Shown: positions 1 to 12,604, numbered from the whole stretch's first letter. The stretch: DNA of 63,513 nucleotides, filler included, from Octopus bimaculoides (GCF_001194135.2; 9 parts of 8 records of this genome joined end to end with filler, not necessarily neighbours in it), one strand, 5' to 3'. The notes: generated from the sequence alone by a model not told the origin. Numbers and translations: made by a program.

Positions 1-43
<43 letters not shown>

Positions 44-409
44 CACTCATATATATATAGAAATACATACATATGTACGTACATACGTACGGATGGACAT
101 ATACACATACAAGCGCACGTACATTCATATATACAAGCGGCACATTGATTTTTCTCATGATTTCATTGTCACACGCGTTATCGTGGCCGCTGTAAAGTGA
201 GTGGCGGCGTGTGAATTGAACGAATGAATATGCATATATCACACACACACACACACAGGCACACACTCATACGCACACACTTACCCAAACGCAAACACAC
301 ACATACACATAAACACACGCATACACACACACACGCACATATATACATATAGATATTTAAAGTTCTTTTATATTTCGAATAACGCATCAGCATTGTAGTC
401 TGAAAGAGC

Positions 410-453
<44 letters not shown>

Positions 454-483
454 AGTTTTCATCTTCTTTGTGCGAAAAATCAA

Positions 484-524
<41 letters not shown>

Positions 525-684
525 CATTATTATTATTATTGATTATATTTATTTTCCTTTAGGCTCTTTGTTACCTCAGTGCTGTGTAGTCCCTATTCCT
601 GTTTCTGTCACTACACGTATTGACGTGAAATAATTGTGTTCTCTGCTTATCATTTGACACCCATGTGGTAAATACAGATATTGG

Positions 685-822
685 TCACAAGTTCTGGCAC
701 AAAACAGAGCAAGTTCTGGGGAAGGGGTAAGTCGATTACACCGACGCCAGTGCTCAATTGTTAGGTACTTATTTTCTCCACCCCGAAGAGGATGAAAGGC
801 AAAGTGAACCTCGGTGGAATTT
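685..822 (-). mobile_element. tRNA-derived SINE, type B (central/3' part)
   Basis: Contains aagtcgattacaccgac...ggatgaaaggcaaagtgaacctcggtggaatt, a block that recurs more than 10 times in the window. Confidence 0.8.
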
Positions 823-1147
823 TGGGTAACTATGAGTATGAATATAAATGTAATGTCTAGGATTTGGTATTTTTGAAGTTAATAGTTATATTGAAATTAC
901 TGAGAAATTTATATAAAATTTTGTGGCTTTGTTCGTGGCTAGATTGGAATTCTTGGCTGCAACAAGTAAAGCGTTGTCCCTTTATAGACCTCCACCAGTG
1001 TTTAGAATACTGATATTGATCAACGTTCGTAACATTAATCATATTTATGATTGCTCTGTAATGAGCATGTCTTGATATATATCTCATCATACAGATGACG
1101 ATGGTGATGGTAATAAGGAGAAGTAGAAGGAGTGGCATCTAAGAACG

Positions 1148-1252
1148 ACAACTCTACGTGTCATTATCGGTGTGTTGAGGACAATATTGAATGGCACTCG
1201 TAAACACTTTGGCCAAATACCAGGAAACCTTAAAGTATGAGAACTACAAAAG
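1148..1252 (+). mobile_element. R4/Dong-clade LINE, C-terminal RLE-domain fragment
   Basis: Translates TTLRVIIGVLRTILNGTRKHFGQIPGNLKV*ELQK, which aligns with the better-preserved copy at 38570-38720 (PVIVCALGMIRKECQKHLDNIPGELCLIEIQK). Confidence 0.5.
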
Positions 1253-1449
1253 CAAAAAAAAAAACAAACATGTTTTCATTAATTCTGTTTGTATTTTAAG
1301 AAAAACGCTGTAAATCTCTTAAAACTCTTTCATTATCGAAATATTTCATATTTAAGAGCATCTTAGTCCCCAGAATCATTTCCTTACAATATATTACTGT
1401 TTATCATAAATAACATCCATACTAAAGCGTCCTCTTTGCTCGTACTCGA

Positions 1450-3720
1450 GATCTCTGACTGAGACTCTATTATACGACTGAATGGAACTTCAACCAAACG
1501 CATCGTTAAACTGGCAGAGGACTGTGAGTGCCTACTGATGTTTCAGGTGTCAGGCATATTGTCTCGGCCTGCGCTTGATCTATGACTGCAGAGCAGTCAA
1601 AGAAATGACTTTTGAGAAAGTGAGTTTAATGGCTGCCACACCGCACAGACACGGAAATGCTGAAATGTCGTAGCTCAGAGCATGTCTACGTATCAATAAC
1701 CAAAGGCATACCAAATCCTCCACTCAGCGAGTGTTGGCAACAAAAGAATTCTCAGATTAGTGGAACGCATCCTCTCCATACAAAGCAGAAGAGAAGCCTT
1801 TCGTCCCCAATGTGTCTCAGAGCACAAGCTTTAGCGTTTTAATTCTAGTAACTTCTATCACTGCAACGTTACTAAACCATATCGATAATTTGTCGTGTAG
1901 ATCATAAATTTCTGGTTTGAGTAGCCGACGATTTTAAATTGTGAACGACGCATGCTATCTTTAGCCACTATCCTGCAGAATATTATGTAAATACAACATG
2001 GGTGACCTGATGTGAGTTGTGCATGTTTGCCCTGGCACATTCAGGATATCCAGACGGTAGCGGTCAGACCATTGTAAACGGCTGAGTAGGTTTGTGAAAC
2101 TTTTGCACTCTCCCCCCACCTCTCTCTCTCTCTCTTAAAAGCTATCCTTACACCATCAAAATGTGCATCCAAGATAGTGTTCCAAGCGTCTTCTATCACT
2201 GATGAGCCGGACTTTCTAAGGAAGACCTCCAGGCACTTGAATAATCCTGGTTTCCCCGCAGGTCCTTCTGAAGCAACGCAGCCCCTCCAGCTCCCAATAG
2301 AGATCAATTTGGAGATGTGTACATAGGCATGAACGCTCGACACTGAAAAATCCAGGCCTCGCTGATGGGTTACAACATCTATATGTAGTGACCTGAGATC
2401 AATAAGTATGCAGCCCTGCTTCTATGGTGACTCATCCCACGTGCATTTATGCTTCCCAGGATGATTGTCGGCAGGTGGTAAGTAAGACCGGAACACTTAT
2501 TCCTATGGACAGGCAGGTATTTCGTCACTCTGACTGGCGGAGGGTGTTACCACAGGCATTTTTCATGTAGACATTTGTTCATATTTCCCTTGAAGTCTTC
2601 CAATCCTTCACATTATTATTTTTTAAGATGTTTTACGTGTCTTGGATGATTATCATGCGTGTTTGTATGCTATTACTTAATGCAAGGTAGTTGTTTTGCG
2701 TGATGCTTGTATTTTGGTGTATGCGAGTGGTTATTTTTTATTGCTTGTGTTTATGGCCTTGTATTTAATTACTTTTTTCTTTTTTGTTCATGTTGGAGTG
2801 TGTATTCTGATTCTAGTCTGTGTTTGAGAATTAGGCTGTTCTTGGACTGTGATAGGGATGGTGGTGGTGGTGGTGGTGGTATTATTGATGGTACTGGTGT
2901 AGCTGGTATTGGGTGTGGTGCGGTTTCATCATTGCTCAAAAGCATCTGCCGGTTTGTCCATATCTGCCAGAATTTTACTGGTTTGATTTTGTTTCTTCTT
3001 GGTGTTTGTATTAGTAACTTATTGTCATTTAGGCTCCTCACCATCACACTCGCCATGAGACACATGCCAGAGTAGTATGAGCTGGGGAGGTGCATGTCTT
3101 GTGAAGATTTTCGGTTTTGTTATGTTGTTGATATATTTTTGTGGTTTTAGGGGCTTCCTGTTGATGTCGCCATTATCTTTTATGTGGTGGTTCTTGATGG
3201 TGGTGTGTTTTCTGTTGTTTCTGTTATTACCTCCATTGTTTGTGTTGTTGTTGCTATAGCTGCTGCCTCCACTCTTGTTGTTAGTGTTACGTTCACCATT
3301 GCGACGGTTACATGTTTTTTGCTGTAGTTACTGTAGTTGTTTGAGATGCAGTTGCTGCCATTGTTGTTAATGTTGCTGTGGTGTTGACAGTAGGGGCGGC
3401 CCTCTTTCAGTTGTCAGAAAGTTTTAAGGGGAATAGTGCTTTCACAAATGTAGCATCGAGGCCTTCTACCTTCCACTACTATTTGCAGTTGCTGCTCTCC
3501 AGGAATCTCTATTAGGTCAGGAGTTTCATCAAATGTCCCAGGTTTCACCCGAATCGAAATCTAGTTATGGTGATATATTTATGATTTTACTCAGATTTCT
3601 CTCTGTAAATTTTTGTCAGCGCAAAATGTTCATTACTTTGTGAGACTGAGGAATATTTCTGGGCTAGGATTTGTGAGTGGAAAGTATATCAGATAAACCA
3701 TAATTTACGGGCACGTCTCA
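1450..3720 (-). mobile_element. Degenerate Tx1-like (L1 clade) retrotransposon: ORF1 knuckle, ORF2 APE start and post-RT segment; RT core missing
   Basis: Minus-strand pieces occur in the expected order. ~3550-3440: DLIEIPGEQQLQIVVEGRRPRCYICEST (ORF1 zinc-knuckle lead-in). ~2468-2140: IILGSINARGMS...DVVT(fs)ISEAW...LEVFLRKSGSSVIEDAWNTILDAHFD (APE motifs). ~1830-1640: FCFVWRGCVPLI*EFFCCQHSLSGGFGMP (post-RT FxW...GGLG motif). Many stops and frameshifts. Confidence 0.65.
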
Positions 3721-3753
3721 CAAGAGTAACGTTTGGTTAAGTATTTTTTAATA

Positions 3754-3924
3754 GGCGAAGGAGTGGGTGTGTGGTAAGTAGCTTGCTTACCAACCATATG
3801 GTTCTAGGTTCAGTCCCACTGCCTGGCACCTTGGGCAAGTGTCTTCTACTATAGCCCCGGGCCGACCAAAGCCTTGTGAGTGGATTTGGTAGACGGAAAC
3901 TGAAAGAAGCCTGTCGTATATATG

Positions 3925-3988
<64 letters not shown>

Positions 3989-4200
3989 TGTGTCTGTGTT
4001 TGTCACCCGAACATCGCTTGACAACCGATGCTGGTGTGTTTACGTCCCCGTAACTTAGCGGTTCGGCAAAGGACACCGATAGAATAAGTACTAGGCTTCC
4101 AAAGAATTAGTCCTGGGGTCGATTTGCTCGACTAAAGGTGGTGCTCCAGCATGGCCACAGTCAAATGACTGAAACAAGTAAAAGAGTAAAAGAGTAAAAG
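3754..4200 (+). mobile_element. tRNA-derived SINE, type A, full length with internal (TG)n
   Basis: tRNA-like head (tgtgtggtaag...ggttcagtcc), CORE-like ccttgggcaagtgtctt, internal TG tract, and 3' end catggccacagtcaaatgactgaaacaagtaaaagagtaaaagag. Confidence 0.9.
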
Positions 4201-4800
4201 AGGAGTTCAGTGTAGTCTGAAGGTATACGCACTAATTTTATGTTTTCGCCGAGGTGAATCTATACAGTATTGTTTGTCTTTCTGTTCGGTCTAAAATGTT
4301 GCGGTATATTGTACGTAACTTTTCCCTGTTGTAGTCTGTTAATGTTTCTCAGCCTCTTGTAAAAGAGGTTGATGGTTTTTGGCTAGAAAGATAAGGTCGT
4401 AAGCGTTGATTATCTTGGCAATAGAAATATTTTTGCGGTGTTTCCCCAGCAGCTGCCGCTGTTGTTATTAGTATCATTGTTTTCGCTGTCAGTATTACTT
4501 CTTATTGGGAGATGGTGGTGGAGGTGGTGGTGGTGGTGGTGGTGGTGGTGGAGGTGGTGGTGGTTTTGTTTGTATTGCTAGAGCTTGTTACTATAGCAGT
4601 GAAAATGCATGATTTTTCTGCTACTTGGGATTTTGCGAGCTTCTTTGTTTGACATGTCACTGTTCTTGTTCCTGCTACTCTTGATGTTGTTGCTAATAAT
4701 GCCGCTGCTACTATTTTTAATTACTACAACGTCTGTAGTATTGTGTTGGCGTTTATATTTCAAAATCTCCACCCTACTTCCTGTATGGCTGAATAGTTGA
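4200..4800 (-). mobile_element. Possible ORF1 N-terminal part of the same Tx1-like relic
   Basis: TDYNREKLRTIYRNILDRTERQTILYRFTSAK on the minus strand, directly upstream of the knuckle segment and separated from it by the SINE. Weak support. Confidence 0.3.
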
Positions 4801-5094
4801 GAAAGGCAACGCCATTTTCAAATTTTTCTATGCTTTGAAATTTTTCTTTCTTTTAAACTTTTGCTCTGTAGAGCAAGTAACAAAATTGGTTGATCTGTCC
4901 CTTCGGTTCTGGTCAATTAAGTTACAAAGTGTAACAATATCGTAAAGAAAAAAACAGACTACTAACAAAGAAAAGTCACAGACTCACGGCGCTTTCAAAC
5001 CACTTTCATTTTCAGCAATATACAACAACAACAACAACAACAACAACAACGACGACAACAATAATAATAATAATAATAATAATAATAGTAATAA

Positions 5095-5265
5095 TCCTTT
5101 CTTCTATTTTTGAAATTTTGGGGATGGGGCTAGTCGATTATATCGACTCAAGTGCTCGACTGGTACTGATTTCATCGATCTCAAAAGGATGAAAGGCAAA
5201 GTCGACCTCGATGACATTTGAACCCAGAGCGTAAAGCCGGAACAAATGCTGCTAAGTATTTAGTG
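5095..5265 (-). mobile_element. SINE type B
   Basis: agtcgattatatcgac...ggatgaaaggcaaagtcgacctcgatgacatttgaacccagagcgtaaag; (TAA)n lies next to its 3' end. Confidence 0.8.
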
Positions 5266-6047
5266 CTATTTATTCCGCGACCAATCCAGCACTGATGTCA
5301 ATGTAAAACGATTACAAAGACCTCTCATAATTTTGGATTCGTGTATAAAGGGTTAAAAACCTTGCGATTATTATTGCGGAGGATGATTAAGTACAAAAAT
5401 TAATTATAAAGACAGACAAAACAGCAGTTAGTAACATCTCGTCGTCCTCTATCTTCAACTTCCGTCGTGAGCTCATAAAACAAGTAGTCGTCACTTTCTG
5501 GAATTACTGAACCGAGTGTTTTAAGATTCGTGGCTTTGTTGCTTGGTGTGTTGGTGATGGCGGCGGCGGTGGTGGTGGTGGTGGATGGTGGTAGTGGTAG
5601 TGGTGGTAGTAGTGGTGTTTAACCTCGAGTCTAATCTGATCGAATAGGCGTACGATTAGCGGCCTTCTGTCCGTGAACATTCCGTCCTTTTAAGGACTTA
5701 TTAGGCTGCCTTAATTATCGGTTGGTAGACTTTAGCGGTCGCTTACTTTAACTCGCAACATATGACCCTTGAATATCTTTAACAGAGCTCACTCACTTCT
5801 ATACATTTAGATAAGATTTCAAACATGAACATAACCTCCGCCCTTCACTTCAGTGAAGTTCTGGAGTTCCCGAAGAAAGGCCTATAAGCGCTGCTCTTTT
5901 TCCTCTGATTAAACCGTTAGAAATAATGTGCCATTTCCTTATTTACTACAGTAGAACGTGTTTTGTGAGAGACTAGGCTGCTATGACTAGCAAGATGAGT
6001 GACCACGTCGAAGATTCCTCCTTACATGTCTGTGTAATTGTTTAAGG

Positions 6048-6302
6048 CAGTAGTTCTCAAGTGGAGTCAACACGGCCCCTAGGGGTCCAAATACGATTTT
6101 GTTAAAATTTATTTACAATAAATTTGGTTATGCTTCTTCAATGCACAAAATATTTTAAGAATTTTTAAAATACAATTCTTTATAATATTTAATTATGAAA
6201 ATATAGAAGGATTTTCTTAAACACCGAATGGCTATGAGGGTCCTCTAGAATAAAAATTGAAATCAAAGGGGTCCATAAGTACGAAATGATTGAGGACAGC
6301 TG
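6048..6302. mobile_element. hAT (Charlie-like) MITE
   Basis: Termini cagtagttctcaa and ttgaggacagctg. 8-bp TSD gtttaagg (6040-6047) / gtgtaagg (6303-6310). The internal sequence resembles 47380-47490. Confidence 0.7.
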
Positions 6303-6495
6303 GTGTAAGGGGCAACTATCGCTATTAAGGTTCTAATTGGCTGGCTGTCAGGTGTACTAAGAAATTTATCTTTAAATTTAAAAAAAACAGATCCACACTT
6401 GAAATTGCTTATTGCGGTCACTTTGGGTGTAGAGCCAGTTAGATAACAATAACCAGTTGATAACATTAAGCCGAGGTCATATTAATAACACGCAC

Positions 6496-6818
6496 TGGCA
6501 CTCCGTTGTTAAGACGACGAGTGTCCCAGTTGATCCGATCAACGGAACAACCTGCTCGTGAAATTAACGTGCAAGTGGCTGAGCACTCCACAGACACGTA
6601 TACCCTTCACGTAGTTCCCATGGAGATTCGGAGTGACACTGAATGTGACAAGGCTTGCCCTTTGAATTACAGGTACTACTAATTTTTGCTAGCTGAGTGG
6701 ACTGGAGCAAAGTGAAATAAAGTGTATTGCTCAAAGACGCAAAGCGCCGCCGGTTTTCGAACACACGACGTTATGATCATAAGCCGAATACCCTAGCCAC
6801 TAAGCCACGCGCCTTCAC
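6496..6818 (-). mobile_element. Chimeric SINE: type D head with type C tail
   Basis: Head gtgaaggcgcgtggcttagtggctagg...ttgagcaatacactttatttcactttgctccag matches 47034+. Tail gtacctgtaattcaaaaggg...ttgatcggatcaactggg...ggagtgcca matches 33690-33874. Confidence 0.8.
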
Positions 6819-7139
6819 ATGGTCATAACAAATCCTGCGCATGTTTGAGGCACACTAATTTTAAATAACGCTAATTTTTAATAACCGCTTGATAACATTA
6901 TCTCCGATTATCATTCAACTACGGTAATTATTGAATAATATTCATAAGGCCGCAATTTACTCACACGCCGCATTTTCAAAGCTTTGTCGCTAATCCAATT
7001 ATTAACTAAATTGAAAACTGTTAACATTTTTGAAGAGGGCTGGTCCCTAGCTATAGTTTGTCATAAAAAGATTGAGTTTTGGTCCAGTAGAAAAAAAATT
7101 TACATCAAAAGTTGTAGCAACAACGCCTCCAATCAAGTT

Positions 7140-7450
7140 GAGATCTAAATAACTTTTTTATTTTAAAAGCAAAATATATTCATCTTAGCTTCAATGATAG
7201 AAAAAAAGCATGAAAATTTTCATAGTTTTAATCCCATGCAACAACAATTTGTATCAAAAAAGTTGTGAGGTAAAATACCATGAAAAAATATAAAGCAAAA
7301 AACTGGATTTAAGAATTAATTAACTTTTTTATTTTAAAAATAAACTATATTTTAATTGAACTTAAATGACAGGCAAAAACCTTGATTTAAGTATAATTAA
7401 CTTTTTTATTTTAAAAACAAACTATGTTTTAATAAAGCTTAAATGATAGA
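7140..7450. repeat. Degenerate AT-rich tandem repeat (~70-bp units)
   Basis: taactttttta ttttaaaa...aaactat...cttaaatga recurs at ~7150, ~7320 and ~7398. Confidence 0.55.
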
Positions 7451-7877
7451 GCTCAATTAGAGGAATTTCGTGGTATCTATGAAGTTTTAAAAGAAAAAAG
7501 CTATGAGTGTTTGTTTCTNNNNNNNNNNNNNNNNNNNNNNNNNNNNNNNNNNNNNNNNNNNNNNNNNNNNNNNNNNNNNNNNNNNNNNNNNNNNNNNNNN
7601 NNNNNNNNNNNNNNNNNNNNNNNNNNNNNNNNNNNNNNNNNNNNNNNNNNNNNNNNNNNNNNNNNNNNNNNNNNNNNNNNNNNNNNNNNNNNNNNNNNNN
7701 NNNNNNNNNNNNNNNNNNNNNNNNNNNNNNNNNNNNNNNNNNNNNNNNNNNNNNNNNNNNNNNNNNNNNNNNNNNNNNNNNNNNNNNNNNNNNNNNNNNN
7801 NNNNGGCATTGGCCTAGCCATTTTGGCAGTCTTTCATTTTAACTCGAAGGCGTGTGCGCGCAGCTCAGTTGCTACCT

Positions 7878-8517
7878 TGGAAAAGTTCAGAACAAGTTAT
7901 TAAATCTGGTAAAGTACAAACAAGAAATTTATTACTTAAAATATTGCAGCTAAGGATAAAATCTGAATATTATAAGTTATTTGATTTAAATTTACAAAGT
8001 AACATTATAATTAAAAAAGATACCATCATTTTGTTAAAATATTTACACACTAGAATGCTTAAAAAATGAGAGCCAGAAGTACCAATATAGCTAAAGTTTT
8101 ATGCAAAGTAGAATAGTATATATGGTAGGCAAATTCATTATGTGAAAAATAGGCATTAGATCAAGACTAAAAATGTGAAGACTTGGCAATAAATTAGGCA
8201 GGTAGATTTTACTGTAATATATAACTATTTTTTATTATTCTATTTATAGTACTATGTACAACTATTATCTTTTATAACCTATTTTCAAATTTCTTATTAT
8301 TAATTAATAATAAAAAAGTGCAAAAACTATTTTAATTGGTTTATTTTTAATTTTTAAGTAATAACTTGTAATAAAATTTTTAGTTTTGATAAAAGCTAAT
8401 GTTCTCTAAATCTAAATATTTTATTTGAAATTTAATCCTTAGCTGCAATATTTTAAGTAAAAATTTCTTGTTTTGTACTTTACCAGATGTAATAACTTGT
8501 CCTGAGCTTTTCCAAGT
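7878..8517. repeat. Long inverted repeat / foldback element
   Basis: Arm 7878-7990 (ttggaaaagttcagaacaagttattaaatctggtaaagtacaaacaagaaattt...gcagctaagga) is the reverse complement of ~8405-8517. A ~31-bp tandem unit (taataacttgtcctg...) lies at 8490-8550. Confidence 0.7.
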
Positions 8518-9112
8518 GTAATAACTTGTCCTGTGCATTTCCAGGTTTATAATCTTAGGAATATTATTTCTCTTGCTCGCATTTTTCCATGTAATAATAA
8601 GCGACTAACACTAATAATTTTCCTTATTGTTTCTCTGAATTTATGAAATATTTAATAACCTTGTGGAATAACTTCCCTGGAGGGCAAGGTACTTGGATTT
8701 TATTGGCCGTCTGCTGGGAAGATATACAAATGGTTACAGAAGTTGCTTTTGAGGTAGACTCTTATAATGAGTGTAGCCAATAAGGCTGTTTAATCAGAGA
8801 GAGAATGATAGAAATATATATAAAATAATACTCATTATAAATACCGAATAAAACTTAGGAACGAAAAATTAAATAATAAGGAAATAAATAACAGCGAATA
8901 GGAATACCATATAATTATTTTTGAAATGCATATCGAACAACAATCGAAGCAACAAGAACAACAACAACACCGATGACGATAACGTCAGCAATAACAACAG
9001 CAACGATGACAGTGAAGTGAGAAAGGCGATAACAATAAAATCACAATGAGGGGACAACAAAAACAAGAGAAAGCCTATACCAAAAGCAAAAAAAAAAAAG
9101 ATGATAAGCGTA

Positions 9113-9410
9113 ACAGGCGCAGGCATGGCTGTGTGGTAAGTTTTCAACCACATGGCTTCGGTTTCAGTCCCACTGCATGGCACTCTAAACAACTGTCTTG
9201 TATATGTGCATGCAACTGGAGTTGGGTTTTTTTTACTTCCCTGTAACTTAGTCGTTCGGCAAAAAAGAAGACCCTTAGAATAAGTACCAGGTTTTAAAAA
9301 CGTAATTATTGGGGTCGATTTGCTCGACTAATTCATTCAAGGAAGTGCTCCAGCATGGCCGCAGCCCACAGACTGAAGCATGTAAAATGATAAAAGATAA
9401 AAGAAAGATA
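9113..9410 (+). mobile_element. SINE type A, internally deleted
   Basis: Head ggcgcaggcatggctgtgtggtaag and tail ccagcatggccgcag...ctgaagcatgtaaaatgataaaagataaaag. Confidence 0.8.
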
Positions 9411-9599
9411 GAGACGGCAGCATCAACAACATCAACAAAATTTATAATAGCAAATATAACAATGTAGAGGGAGCCTTCAGTGATTTTTTTGCCAACGAAA
9501 AAGAGCGGTCAAATCTCCCATAAAAAAGAAATTGTAAAAAGTTCACAGGTCACGGTCTTGAAAACAGGAAGGACATATAGGTAGAGAGAGAGAGAGACT

Positions 9600-9825
9600 T
9601 TGTGCCTGTGTTTGTCTTTCCATCACCGCTTAACAAGTGGTGCTGGTGTGTTTACGTCCCCGTGACTTAACGGTTCAGCAGAAGAGACTGATAGAATAAG
9701 TACTAGGCTTTAAAAAGACATAAGTCTTGGGTTCGATTTGTTCGGACTAAAACCCTTCAAGGCGGTGCTCCAGGAAGGTCGCAGTCAAATGACTGAAACA
9801 AGGAAAAGAATAAAAGAATAAATAG
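9600..9825 (+). mobile_element. SINE type A, 3' half
   Basis: gctggtgtgtttacgtccccgtgacttaacggttcagc...ggcggtgctccag...gcagtcaaatgactgaaac. Confidence 0.8.
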
Positions 9826-9844
9826 AAAATATATTTTGTACGTA

Positions 9845-10134
9845 ACATGGCAGTCCAGAAAAATAGGACGAATGTTGCGGTTGATTAGCTCCAAGAAGCC
9901 ATCGCCTCTAGCTTGTTATGTGACACACAAACCTGTGTCCATTACCACCTTCGAGCAGGGGAGGTCTTCAATTTCCCCATGCTAGTTCAAGCATCCACAG
10001 ATTAGTTCCTTCAGAGCGATTTATAAATAATGATATCTCTATTTTTGAAAACCAGTGGATGTGTTTCCCTGAATATATATAAACCTTCGAGCTAATCAAC
10101 GGCAGCATTCGTCCTATTTTCTGGACTGCCATGT
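9845..10134. mobile_element. MITE with ~50-bp TIRs, probably flanked by TA
   Basis: Left end acatggcagtccagaaaaataggacgaatgttgcggttgattagctc. The right end reverse-complemented reads acatggcagtccagaaaataggacgaatgctgccgttgattagctc. TA lies on both sides. Confidence 0.75.
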
Positions 10135-12604
10135 TAGCTTATCGATAACTATTAATACCCAGTACTGCTGCCGTGGTCTCCTTTAGAGAAATTTAGAAAT
10201 AATAATAATTCTATATTTATTTTATACGGTATTTGATATATCTGTCTTTATCTATATTTCTCATATATCTAATTCTGGTCACTTTGACTAAATTTCCTAA
10301 GCTCATTTTTGTTTAATTTGTATAAATTGTATAGATCCTAAGCGTATTATTGTCTTTTTGTACATGTCTATGTCTCTTGGCTGCGGGGGATAAGTTAAGG
10401 CAAATGTCGTGCTGATGACGGCTATTGCGGGAGAAATCCGCGTTCATGGCTGTTCCCTTGTCCACAGACAATAAAACTATTTTTTCCTTAATGGCACGTA
10501 AACGTTGAAAAATCTTTCGTTCTTGTGATTATCTTCTTTTCTGTTATGGAACTGTTCTCATTTACCATTTTATAATTGTGACACATACACAAAAGACGGG
10601 GACAATTTCAATAAATTAAGATTTTTATATTGTATGGCATTTGACATATCTGTATTTCTATTTCTCTCTCTCGCTCTGTATATATATGTGTGCGCGTGTG
10701 TGTTCGTGTGTGTGTGTGTGTGTGTATACATACACCCGCACACATATATTTATGTATGTATATACATACATATAAATATGTATGTGAATATATATATATA
10801 TAAATACGTATGTATGTATGTATGTATGTATGCATGCATGTATGTATGCATGTATGCATATATGTATGTATGTATGTATGTATGAATGGTGGAACGTTGA
10901 GGATCCGTTTTAGCGTACAGGCGTGAAATCGAGGGAAGAATATGCGGGATCTATAATAGCTTCCTAGCCCCAGAGCCAATAACAAGAACAATAATAATAA
11001 CAGTCATAATAAATTATAAGACAACAACAACAATTGCAACAAAAACATTCGACGAAAAAGTATTAAAAATAAGAAAGAAGCACTGACTGGCATTGTTACC
11101 ACCCAGGGGTCAGCTTCTCAGCCTTGGGCAGGGTACGTCTACAACGTTGGCTCAAAAGACCACAATTGTAAGGAAAATGAGGTGCCCTCAGGTAAAATGT
11201 GGTGCAAAATCCATCAAAAAGTGACAAAATATAATTTAGTTCGCTCCTCCAGGTTTTACAGTTGTTTGAAATAATAGTGTGAGCTTGATGTACAAGACAG
11301 AGAAAGAGAAATCAATAAAACGTTCTACTGGCGAGTGTAAATGTCAAAGGATCCCCCACAACCACACACACACATTCACACATTCACACACACCCTAAAT
11401 GATAGGTTGTTGATTAAGACAAATTACATCAAGCTACAATCATAGAAAGTATCTTTCTTACTGATGTATAAAAGAATTCCTGCAATCATGAGACTCCAGT
11501 TTCAAATCTTTATAAAAACAGACTAAGGGAAGGTAGTCGCTTCTTTCTTTTTTCTTGTATCTTTAACAATGTCTTTACTGATGGTTGTATGTGAAAATGG
11601 CGATGGAGTCAGATCACTAGATTTTGGTACGTTACCTGCCAGCAATATCAGAGTCCCAGCACGCGATCGAGAAAGGTGACAATGAGTTTTAGAAAAGCTT
11701 AAATGCTGAATAGCAAACATTTAGAACTGTTAGATATCATTAGACTTAAATATCTGTGGAAATGGTTCTCTGATGATTGTATTCATTTATGCATCGTCAG
11801 GAACCAGACGGTCAGAATTATTCAAGAGTAGAAATATTGATGTCCCGACTTTCATTAGGGTCAATGGGAATTTGTATTGCATCAAAGACGCACTCTGGGA
11901 CTGTGTAGGAATAATTGATACAAAGAAATTAAACTTGTTCAGAAGGAAACATCCGCCTAAAAGACAATGAATGTAATACGGTGGACTTAGATTCGAAACA
12001 GGCCATCTAGGTTATATTGAAAGTATGTACCCGGTTAGTATATATAGATAGTATATACTATCCACAAATTTTAGTATCTGGCTACAAAAGACACAAGTTT
12101 ATAATTTGTACGGTCAAGCTGGATAGTACTTATAAACGGAAACGCGGTTATTTTGGTGAAATAGTTAAGGAGCATTTCACAAGATGTAATATCATCAATG
12201 AATAATGAGTAGTACTAGAACGAAGAAGCGATATAAGAATCAGTTAATTTTAGTAAAGAATTGGCAAAAGAAAATATATATAAAACTAGATTAGGAATTA
12301 GTATTTGGTGGATCGACACACTGCGACAGGTGACCTCATTTCGTTTCTGCCAGGAACTTCATAAAAATTCTTTGTTTTACTTCATTTATCTTTTGTTAGC
12401 TGACAATGAAATTCAATATCGAAAAATAGAAGAAAAGTTTCATTTCTACAGTGGCCTGAAATAAATTAATATTTTATACAAAACGTGCAAGTTACCCCAG
12501 GTACGTGATTTTGAGCAATAACACTTTACACCTTCCTAAATTAATTAACTAACAAAGACTAGCAGCAAGCCAAATGCTACCGTTTTATTGACTAGTCCAC
12601 ACTA

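Noticed and set aside
7501-7903. Long ORFs in the track containing X runs (also near 17755, 20645, 44797, 45734, 59213)
   Set aside because: They are open only because N-gaps contain no stop codons.
10880-10990. VLVIGSGAR, resembling a Rossmann motif, on the minus strand
   Set aside because: It arises from the decayed (ATT)n flank, is followed by a stop after 3 codons, and has no splice support.
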